From: Mantamonas sphyraenae STR306
Lineage: Eukaryota > Protista > CRuMs
Assembly: GCA_026936335.1 (NCBI GenBank)
Contig: JAPMXV010000046.1
Location: 1 to 64,000, forward strand
Length of the DNA: 64,000 bases
Reading direction: 5' to 3'
Positions 9,793 to 19,831 of this stretch are shown here, in pieces (positions within the stretch are counted from its first letter, which is position 1; each line of letters starts with the position of its first letter). The notes below the pieces were generated by a model. It was given only the letters and a program-made list of their open reading frames with translations. It made no database searches and was not told the origin of the DNA. Both the position numbers and the translations under genes were made by a program.

Positions 9793-12734
9793 ATGAACCT
9801 GCAAGGAGGCTACATTCCTCGGCATCATCTTTCCCCACCCGGCTACGCGTCTCCACAGAACTCCATGCAGTCCTTTGTGTGGGTTCCCGTTCTGTTACAC
9901 TATCCGAACCGCTTCCACACATACACCACTCCTCCCCCGCCGCCTCCGCCGCTGCGCCCAGCAACATAACCAGCCATTCCTCCGAACGCTTCAACGAGCC
10001 TGGAACGCTGTATGTGGACACCACACAACCCGCAGGGCGCTTCTACCGCTTCCACGACACCGATTGGATGACTCAGGATGACGTGCTCCGGTATGTCGAG
10101 GCGAGCGACGAGGCCTGGGCTCAGCCCGTCTCGCAAGACCACACAGCCACGACCACAACGTCAACAACCACTATAGATGGGGATTCCATACCTGGGGACA
10201 ATAGCGATGACGACACAGACGACATGGAGCAGGAGAACATGGATGAACAGTCGCTGCCCAAACGAAGCAGTCGCCGCACACGACAGAGGGGCCGCAGCGG
10301 ATGTCGCTCTGGGACACAAAGCAGCACATGGACTGGAAATCACGGGCACAGGGTCACGACTGGCAGTGGCACGGAGACAGGAACGTCGAGCACACGGGCA
10401 AGGGGGGCCAAGAACGGAGACAACGGTGCACGGAAGAAAGCAGTCGTGGACAAGACGAACAAGTTGCCGGATGGAGTTGTGCGCAAAGGGTGGAAAGTGG
10501 GACCCAGTGACGAGCGCAGCCACAGAAACAAGAAGGAGCGTACGGCACTACTGAACCACATGCACACCCTGGCCAACGAGCATCCCATCGACAACATCCC
10601 CGACCTCGTGACCCTGCAGGCGCGTGTTGTCGTCTGCCATGGCACCACGACCACGCTGGTCCGACAGATTCTGCTCGCTCTGGGCAACATTCCCCTCTCC
10701 CAGGGCGACATGGCCCTCTGCCTCACCCTTCTCGGCCTTGAAGTGGATCGACGTGGGTGCAGCCTTGCCATCCTCAACGCTGGTCTGGCCATGGGTGTGA
10801 CAAAGGCTGGGCTGAAGGTGTGCTGGCTGGAGGAGCCACACGACCACGGCGACCCCAACTACGCCCTCCTCCACCTGCTCATGACAGAGATGGACACTCT
10901 CGTCGACAGGCCCCATCCCACCACCTGGAAGGAGCACAAGCAGACCCAGCTGTTGCTGCAGGAAGCACGACGCCCTGCTGACAACAACAGCGACCCACAC
11001 TGGACACAATGCGACTACGACCACCATCTCACCACCACCAAGGTGGACAAGTGGCATCCCGAGTCTGAAAGCAGTGGCTGGAGCAACACCGCAGACGAGC
11101 GTGGCAGCTGCACGGCGCGGGAGTTCCAATCGTTGCTGGCACACATGAAGGCACGCGCAGCCAAGCACCCTCTCCATCAGCACACACACGAGCACCATGC
11201 ACTGCGTGAGCTGATCAACACTGGCAACAAGATGTCCCTGGTGCGACACATCATCCTGGCGCTGGGCAACGTTGGCGTGCCCCCTGTCGACCTGGCCTTC
11301 TTTGTCCGCCTCCTCAGGCCACACCTCACCTACAAGCAGGTACAAGGTGCCATCAAGAACACCCTCACCCGCGGCGTCACCTCCCTCTCCCTTAAGATCG
11401 CCTGGCTCGACAACCCCCAACCCAGCGACGCCACACTGCACACCCTCCTCCACACCCTCATCGACCGCATCACACCCCACTTCACCACCCGTCCCACCAC
11501 CGTTGACGCAGTCAACACCCTCGACATCCCCGAGCTCGTTCTGCCCGAGCCCACAGAGGAGGAGATGGTGGCCGTGGAGAATGGACTGCCAGATGGCGTT
11601 GTGCGCAGTGGCTGGACGTCATGGCGCAAGAGCGAGCGCAGCCGCAGCAACCTGAAGGAGCACACGGCACTGCTGAACCACATGCACACTCTGGCCAACG
11701 AGCATCGCATCGACGATATCCCTGACCTCATGACCCTGCAGGCGCGTGTTCTGGTCTGCCATGGCACACTGAACACGCTGGTCCGACAGATTCAGCTCGC
11801 TCTGGGCAATATTCCCCTCTCCCAGGGTGACATGGCCTTCTGCCTCACCCTTCTCGGCCGTGACATGGATCAACATGCGTGCATCCGTGCCATCGACAAC
11901 GCTGGTTTGACCATGGGTGTGACAAAAGCTGGGTTGAAGGTGTGCTGGCTGGATGAGCCACATGACTACGGCGACCCCAACTACGCCCTCCTCCACCTGC
12001 TCATGACAGAAATGGACACTCTTGGCAACAGGCCCCATCCCAGCACCTGGAAGGAGCACGAGCAGACCCGGCTGTGGCTGCAGAAGGCACGACGCCCCTC
12101 CAACAACGACAGCGACCCACACTGGACACAATGCGACTACGACCACCTCCTCACCACCACCGAGGTGGACAAGTGGCACCCTGAGTCAGTACGCAGTGGC
12201 TGGGCAACGCACAGTCCCAACGACGAGCGTGGCAGCTGCACGGCGCGGGAGTTCCAAACGTTGCTGGCACACATGAAGACACGTGCAGCCAAGTACCTTC
12301 GCCATCAGCACACATACGAACACCATGCACTACGTGATCTCATCAACAACGGCAGCAAGCTGTCCCTGGTGCGACACATCATCCTGGCGCTTGGCAACGT
12401 TGGCGTCCCGCCTGTCGACCTGGCCTTCTTTGTCCGCCTCCTCAGGCCACAGCTCACCTACCAGCAGGTACAACCTGCCATCAGCGTCACTCTCACCCGC
12501 GGCGTCACCTCCCTTTCCCTCAAGATCGCCTGGCTCGACAACCCCCAACCCAGCGACGCCACACTGCACAGCCTCCTCCACACCCTCATCGACCGCATCA
12601 CACCGCACATCAACACTCGCCCAACCACCATCGCACTCGTCAACGCCCACCCCATCCCCTCCTTCACCCTCCCCAAGCGCAAAGACCTTTCCTCCTCCTC
12701 CTCCTCCTCCTCCAAACGCCAACGCCTCGAATGA
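9793..12734 (+). CDS. Subtelomeric four-domain repeat protein, copy 3; divergent N-terminus, start uncertain
   Basis: ORF 9732-12734 has the same A-B-A-B core (starts 10464, 11586). The homologous 'WVPV..PPPP' N-terminal part lies in another frame (ORF 9481-9969), implying a frame break near 9930-9965. Confidence 0.75.
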
Positions 12735-12930
12735 ACGCATTCATTCCCACTCCCTCCCACTCACCCACCTCTCCCCACCCACCCAATCACCCTCTCCATC
12801 ACCTCATCTGGCAGTGTCACCCACCCTGCGCCCTCCCGCCTCCACACGTCATCCATCCCTCCACACGCAAACATCACCTTCCTCTCTCTCTTCCCCGTTC
12901 ATCACCAACGCCACCTCCATCGCCCCATCC
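12731..12930 (+). repeat. 3' flank of copy 3, homologous to the 3' flank of copy 1 (5598-5745)
   Basis: Shared TTCATTCCCAC..CCTCCCACTCACCCACC and TTCATCACCAACGCCACCTCCATCGCC blocks. Confidence 0.85.
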
Positions 12931-12939
12931 ACCACCCTA

Positions 12940-13190
12940 CTCCACCCGATCCAATGCCACGCCTTTCTCCACCCTGCCTCCCTCACCAGCTCCACCGTTT
13001 CCATCCTTGGCTTAGCGCCCCACGCTCGCAACATCTCCACAATCCTTTCATCCTCCTCCCTCACCCCCCTCTCCAACGCATTCTCCTTCCCCCCTTCTCC
13101 TGCAAACGTGTCGACAGGCACACCCCACTCTCTCAACCTCATCTTTTCAACATCACCACACTCCACAAACTCCACGTGCTTCTTGCAGCT
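12940..13190 (-). pseudogene. Ankyrin-repeat gene fragment
   Basis: Translation GDVEKMRLREWGVPVD...NALERGVREEDERIVEMLRAWGA fits the ankyrin consensus. No credible start; the 3' end runs into the repeat flank. Confidence 0.5.
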
Positions 13191-13222
13191 GATAAGTAAG
13201 GAAGCCTCGGCGAACTCGATGA

Positions 13223-13360
13223 GCAGAAGGAGCAGCAGCACTAGCGCAGGCACTGAATGAGAACAGCAGCTTGCAGGCACTGGACCTCAGCACCAACCTG
13301 ATCGCGGCAGATTGAGCAGCAGCGCTGAAAAAGGCTGTGGCAATCGCTCTTGCTGGACGT
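13223..13360 (+). pseudogene. RNI-like leucine-rich-repeat gene fragment with in-frame stop
   Basis: Translates AEGAAALAQALNENSSLQALDLSTNLIAAD*AAALKKAV. The TGA at 13313-13315 sits where Gly is expected. Confidence 0.7.
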
Positions 13361-13464
13361 GTGAGGGCGTCTACAGTGACATTTTGCAGTTGCTGGTGGA
13401 GAAAAACAAGAAGTCGACGCTGCGCCCGGGCGCCGCCATTGAAAAAAAAAAACCCCGACTCAAC

Positions 13465-16400
13465 ATGAGAAGAGGATTCGTCACAGCCGTGCTAGCTGTG
13501 ATGCTCGTGGTTGCTGCCGCAACCAACATCGATCTGGACGATACGTTTGGAAAGACCAACCTGTTTGACAACGACAAGGTGCTCACGCAGCAGCAGCTGC
13601 GTGAAGTGTTCAAGACACCCGAGGTCATCGCTGACCGAGAGGAGGTCGTGCACATGAAGGAGGAGGAGGTGTCTGAGGACGACTTCTTCCAGGAGGCGCG
13701 TGACCCGTCGATGGACCTCGAGGGCAAGACCGCCATTACGCCGACGGGCGAGCTCACGGATGCAGAGAAATCTGCAATTGGCGAGCCCGACGAGCACGCG
13801 ACCGAGTTTGGCAAGGGCTACCATGTCAAGACTTACCTGCGTGGCGACGTCAAGGTGCACCCGAAGTTTGTGGCCATCGCTGATGAGCACCACAAGGAGT
13901 TCGTCATGGACAAGGCCCCGACCAACGACATCAAGGACGACGATCCCATCAACCTGATGCAGAAGCATGCCGGCCGACTGTTTGAGCGCATGCAAGATCA
14001 GGTCAAGGACGCCGCTGTCGGTGAGACCGTGCACATGGAGCACGAGGACCTCGTGGACGACCAGGACGTGAACCCGCACCTCATTTCTGGAAAAGGGTGG
14101 GACGACGATACCCAGAACAACCCGAACAACTTCCAGCGCGAGGGCAGCGAAGAGGGTAAGTGCTCTGCCAGCCCGTTTTCCCCCTCTGTGACGGCGACGC
14201 GCGTGTGTTTGCGTTTTTTCCGCGCCCCTGCAATTTTTCCCTCCCAACCTCTGGCCGCTTGAACCGCGCCACCGCGGCGCTGGATGACGCCAGCCTCCAT
14301 CGAATGGGTCTGTGCAGTGCTCCCAAGCATGTGTGTGCCTACTGTCATGGTTTGCATGTGTCTGCATGATCCCCTATGCCTGCTTCTCCGGGAAACCTTC
14401 CAATTCCGCCGACGTGCTTCGACAATCTTCTCAGCATGTCGTGGCCCCGTTTCAATCTGAGGGATGCTCGTGTGCCGTTGATTCCGGCTGGCAAGTCTTT
14501 AGCACGCCTTCCGACGTGCATTGGACACGGCCGCGAGCTGACTGGCCCTCTGTATGACTGCCTGGTGTCCAAAAACGACACGGCGCGATTCTCCGTTGGC
14601 CTCCCTTTTTTTCTCCAGCTTGTTCGCGGCCCCGTTTCAATCTGAGCGATGCTCGTGTGCCCTCGAGACCGGCTGGCAAGTCTTGAGCACGCCTTCCGGT
14701 GTGCATTGGACACGGCCGCGAGCTGGCTGGCCCTCTGTATGCCTGCCTAGTGTCCAAAACACGTCCCGGTGCGATTCTCCATCCAAGCGTTTTCTTTGTC
14801 GACGCTCCCCTTCCGTCCTTCCTTCCCAACGGCTAACACCCGATGGTCCTCACTGAACGTGTGTTGATACTGCGCAGCTGGAGCCGGTGCCTTCCTGGCG
14901 TCGCGCCACCTCGTCGAGAAGTACAACCTGGAGGCGGGTTCTTACTTTGCCATCCACACGGGTCTGTACAAGGTGCTGCACGTCAAGACCGACACGCTGG
15001 ACGCCATGGTGCGTCTGCACTGTCGACGTGCGGGTCTGGCCGAGGTGATTGAGAACGGTGAGGTGCGCACTGTGGTGCAGGGCACGCCGTCGATGGTGCA
15101 GGATTCCGAGACCGGCGAGGTCGAGGATCTGCGCACCCATGCCACCATGGCCAAGGACAAGGAGCTTGTGCAGCAGATGTACACACGCCTGCGTGCCACG
15201 CACCAGGCCCACCTGGACGAGGAGCTCATCGAGGAGCGCCTGGCGACTCTGGACAAGAAGCTGTGGAAGGAGGTTTCCAACGGCATGCCCAAGTCCATGA
15301 TGACCGCCGAGATGATCCCTCAGCTGCGCGACGCCACCGAGGAGCTCAGCAAGGACATGAAGGACAGCGTGCGCCAACGCTTTGTCACGGCTGCCCACGA
15401 GCACGTCATGCAGGCGGCTCAGGAGCAGGAGTACGACAACATCCCCGACTCTGACGTCGAGGACGAGTACGCCGACGACGCGCCTGTCGCCGACACTCCC
15501 GAGACCGAGACCGATGAGTTTGCACAGGACAACATGGAGGACGTCGAGGACGAAGACGAAGACTCGGAGCAGCTGCCCCAAGACTCGCTGGAGGACGACG
15601 TCGAAGACGATGACGACGAGGAGATGGAGGACGTGCACGACACCGAGCGCAACCGCTGGGGCCGTGTGGGTCGATTCTTCCGCCGTGTGGGCCGCGGTAT
15701 CAAGCGTGGCTTCCGTCGCATTGGCCGCGGCATCAAGCGCGGCTTCCGCCGTGTCGGACGTGCCCTGAAGCGCGGCTGGCGCGCTGTCAAGCGCTTTGGC
15801 CGTTCCATCGCGCGCGCGGTCAAGCGTTTTGCCGCCAAGGTGTGGCGTGCGTTCAAGAAGATTGCTCGCGGCTTTGTTTCGTTCCTGAAGAAGGTAGGCC
15901 GTGTGCTCGCCAAGATTGGCAAGGCCATCGTGGCTGTCGTCAAGAAGCTGGGCAAGATTGTTGTCTTCCTGGCCAAGCTGCTCACCGGCACCATTGATGT
16001 GGACTACACCAAGGGTGTGCGCGCTGGCAAGCGCATCGGCGAGAAGGACCTGTTCAAGAAGCGCAAGGGCAACCTTGCGGTGCTGTTGCGCCTCGTGCAC
16101 GCCACTGCCACGTTCCACCCGCGCTTCGAGTTTGCGCTCAACGTGAAGCACTTCAAGCTGAAGAAGTTCAAGACGGTGCTTGCGGGTGACCTGAAGCTGG
16201 GCATGGAGCTGCTCATCCAGCTCTCGCTGCAGTACCAGAAGACCAAGGACAAGCAGCTGCTGAGCTACCGTGTGGCCAGCATCAAGTTCATGGCCGGTCC
16301 CGTGCCGGTGTGGATCAGCGTGCGCTTCATCCTGAAGGCCGGTGTGACCGTGAACATCACCGCCGGTATCGAGACCCGCTTCGGCGGCAGCGTGGCCACT

Positions 16401-19400
16401 GGCATTTCGCTGGGTCTGGTGTACGACGGCCGCTGGCGTGGTATCTTTAAGCGCTACTTCAAGAAGGAGCTCAAGGGCCCCAAGGGCCTGAAGCCGTGCG
16501 GTGGCATCACTGTGGAGGTGTTTATGACGCCCAAGCTTGCGTTCCTGCTGTACGACGTGGCTGGTCCCACGTTCGCTCTGGAGCCGTACCTGCAGCTGAA
16601 CTTCCACCCGAAGGGTGTGCAGCACTGTGTGCAGGTCGATGCCGACGAGAAGAAGAAGGACAACAAGAAGAAGGGTACCCGCGTGCGCGATGGCACCCCG
16701 ACTCTGATGCACTTTGACGAGGCCGGCAACGGCGTTGTCCTGGATGCCGACAGCAACGCCGACAAGGCTATCAACATCAAGTGGGAGCTGCGTCTGGGTC
16801 TGCGTGGTAAGGTTGGTGTCCTTGTGCAGCTGCTGGGCAAGGAGCTCGTCAGCTACGAGAAGGATGTCTTTGACAAGAGCAAGGTCGTCGCCACGGGCTT
16901 CTTCAAGATTGGCCGCGACGTGCAAGACGACGAGGAGGTCAGCGAGGACGAGGACCTGCTGGAGACGCAGGCTCTGGTCGCCGACTGGGACGAGCAGGAC
17001 AGCCTGCTCAACGTCGCCAACAACCAAGAGAGCGACAGCGAGAGCGAAGAGGAGCTCGAGGACTCCGACTCGGAGTCCGACTCGGCCTCTGACATTGAGG
17101 ACGATGACGAGTCTGCAGGTGAGTACGACGAGCTGAGCAGTGTCGACTCTCCTGTCGCCTCTGCCTCAGAGAACGTGGCCGACAAGGACATGTTCATCCG
17201 CAGGATCCGCCGCGCCGTCCGCCGTGTGTCGAGGAGAATCCGTCGCGCCGTGCGTCGTGTGCGTCGCCTCCGCGTCCGCCGTGTGGTTCGCCGCGCTCGC
17301 CGCTTTGTGCGCCGTGCCGTCCGCCGTGTGCGTCGCGTCCGCGTGCGCCGTGTGGTTCGCCGCGCTCGCCGCTTTGTGCGCCGTGCTGTCCGCCGTGTGC
17401 GTCGCGTCCGCGTCCGCCGTGTGGTTCGCCGCGCTCGCCGCTTTGTGCGTCGCGCCGTCCGCCGTGTGCGTCGCGTCCGCGTCCGCCGTGTGGTTCGCCG
17501 CGCTCGCCGCTTTGTGCGCCGCGCTGTCCGCCGCGTGCGTCGCGTCCGCGTCCGCCGTGTGGTTCGCCGCGCTCGCCGCTTTGTGCGCCGTGCTGTCCGC
17601 CGTGTGCGTCGCCGTGTGCGTCGCCGCACCACTCGCCGTCGCCGCAGCAGCCACAAGAAGTTGTCGTCCGCCGAGAAGCGCAAGGGTCGCCGTGAGATCC
17701 AGAAGCTGCTCCGCAGGAAGGAGGCCAGGAAGATCCGTGCTACTGCGGACAAGGCCCGTCAGGCTCGTGCCGATGCCAAGAAGACCAGCGCCGACCTGAA
17801 GAAGGTGACGCACATCAGCGCCTCCAAGCGCCGTGAGGCCGAAACTGCCTGCCGTAACACCATGAAGACGTCCCAGAAGGCTCTCAACAAGGAGTTTGAG
17901 CTCGACGCAAAGATCAAGCAGCTCGCCAGGAAGTATTCTCTGCGCGCCTCGGACTTTATCCGCAAGCGCAAGGCTGTTGTCCGCCGCCGCCGTGTGGTTC
18001 ACCGTCGCCGCCCGATCCGTCGTGTGCGCCGTGCCATCCGCCGTGTCGTCCGCCGTCGTCGCCCGGTCCGTCGTGTGCGCCGTGCTATCCGCCGTGTTGT
18101 GCGTCGTGTCGTCCGTCGTCGTCGCTTCGTCCGCCGTCGTCGCCCGATCCGTCGTGTGCGCCGTGCTATCCGCCGTGTTGTGCGTCGTGTCCGTCGCCGC
18201 ACCTGCTTCAGGAACATCAGGCGCTGCTTCCGCATCCGCAACCGCCGCCTCTGTAGGAACGTGCGTGTGCGCACTGCCTGCCGCCGTGGCGTGCGCCGTG
18301 TCGTCCGTCGCCGTCGCCCGATCCGTCGTGTGGGCCGTGCTATCCGCCGTGCCATCCGCCGTGTCGTCCGTCGCCGTCGCCCGGTCCGTCGTGTGGGCCG
18401 TGCTATCCGCCGTGCCATCCGCCGTGTCGTCCGTCGTCGTCGCCCGGTCCGTCGTGTGCGCCGTGCTATCCGCCGTGTTGTGCGTCGTGTCCGTCGCCGC
18501 ACCTGCTTCAGGAACATCAGGCGCTGCTTCCGCATCCGCAACCGCCGCCTCTGTAGGAACGTGCGTGTGCGCACTGCCTGCCGCCGTGGCGTGCGCCGTG
18601 TCGTCCGCCGCCGTCGCCCGATCCGTCGTGTGGGCCGTGCTATCCGCCGTGCCATCCGCCGTGTCGTCCGTCGTCGTCGCCCGATCCGCCGCCGTGGTGG
18701 TTTCTTCCGCAAGATCCGCAAGGCAGGCCGCCGCGCAGGCCGTCGTGTCCGCAAGGCGATCCGCCGCTTCCGTGGCCGCCGCCGACGCCGCCGTGGTGGT
18801 TTCTTCCGCAAGATCCGCAAGGCTGGCCGCCGCTTCCGTGGCCGCCGCCGACGCCGCCGTGGTGGTTTCTTCCGCAAGATCCGCAAGGCTGGCCGCCGTG
18901 TCCGCAAGGCGATCCGCCGCTTCCGTGGCCGCCGCCGACGCCGCCGTGGTGGTTTCTTCCGCAAGATCCGCAAGGCAGGCCGCCGCGCTGGCCGTCGTGT
19001 CCGCAAGGCGATCCGCCGCTTCCGTGGCCGCCGCCGACGCCGCCGTGGTGGTCGCAAGACCCGTCGCCGCCGCTTCTCGGTAGGTCGCACCCTCAAGGCC
19101 ATCGGTCGCATGGTGAAGCGCCTGCACCGCAAGCGCTTCGCCGCTCTGCACCGCGCCATCAAGGCTGTCAGTGCTCAGGAGCGCGCTCGCATCAGCAAGA
19201 TCCGTAAGCGCCTGCGCCGCCGCGCTAGCCAGCTCAAGCGCAAGATGTGCCTCAGGACCACCCGCAAGTGCCGCATGGTCCGCTTTGGCCGTGGCAAGCG
19301 CCGCATCTGCTCCATCAAGAAGCAGCGTGTGCCCTGCAAGTCCCTCCGCCGCCGTGCACGCCGCTTCCGTCGTCTGGCCCGCCGTGGCCGTCGCCACCCG

Positions 19401-19724
19401 CGCCGCTTCCTGCGTCGTATCCGCAAGGTGATCCGCCGCAAGACCTTCAGGCGCAACTTTGCCCGCACCGCCAGGAGACTCAAGCGCGCCCTGCGCTTCC
19501 GTCGCCGCCGCCGTCGCCACCCGCGCCGTGCTGCCAAGAAGGTGCGTCGCATCCTCCGTCGCTCTGTCGGCCGCCGCGCTCTGCGCCGCAAGGTCGTCCT
19601 GAGCCGTCGTGGCCGTTGCCCGGCGATCCTCCGCAAGACCCGCGCTAAGCTCGTCGCTCTGCGTCGTCTTGTTGCACGCCTGCGTGCATCCCTGCGCAAG
19701 CGCAACGCTCGCCGCCGCTTCTAA
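13465..19724 (+). CDS. Large secreted precursor (~1850 aa): signal peptide, acidic regions, cationic amphipathic helix, beta-rich domain, ~840-aa Arg-rich repetitive C-terminus
   Basis: Exon 1 13465-14155 (MRRGFVTAVLAVMLVVAAA), intron GTAAGT...GCAG 14156-14877, exon 2 14878-19724 in frame with ORF 14973-19724. Strong C/G third-position bias. Confidence 0.88.
14443..14780. repeat. Two diverged direct copies (~150 bp, ~185-bp period) of a hairpin-rich element inside the intron
   Basis: GGCCCCGTTTCAATCTGAG...GCGATTCTCC at ~14443-14595 and ~14628-14780. Confidence 0.9.
17245..17615 (+). repeat. 69-bp coding tandem repeat x5 (RRAVRRVRRVRVRRVVRRARRFV)
   Basis: GTGGTTCGCCGCGCTCGC recurs at 17283, 17352, 17421, 17490 and 17559. 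Confidence 0.95.
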
Positions 19725-19831
19725 GTCAAGTGCGCGCCGAGCCGAGGCAAGAGCAAACTTGAAAAAATGAAAATGTTTGCCCCTCCTCCCCCACCCAAAC
19801 CCTCTTTTGGAATCCATCCCCACAAACAACT

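Noticed and set aside
2011-12734. Telomere-associated retrotransposon or diversity-generating retroelement
   Set aside because: No RT, endonuclease, integrase or transposase motifs were seen, and the variation is not adenine-specific.
3283-12760. Minus-strand ORFs over the subtelomeric family
   Set aside because: Antisense shadows of C-ending codon bias, broken at different places in each copy.
13313-13315. TGA recoding (alternative genetic code or selenocysteine)
   Set aside because: TGA terminates many intact genes here, and the LRR fragment is otherwise degenerate.
13422-13452. Palindrome GCGCCCGGGCGC plus A-run upstream of the secreted gene
   Set aside because: A single GC-only palindrome in GC-rich DNA is not enough to call a regulatory site.
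17190-19724. Protamine or SR-type nuclear protein
   Set aside because: It is in frame with a signal-peptide precursor, has hydrophobic periodicity and lacks RS repeats.
14850-19829. Long antisense and alternate-frame ORFs over the Arg-rich gene (725, 887, 395, 387 aa)
   Set aside because: These are shadows of CGC/CGT/GTC-rich repetitive coding. Only the plus frame joins the signal-peptide exon.
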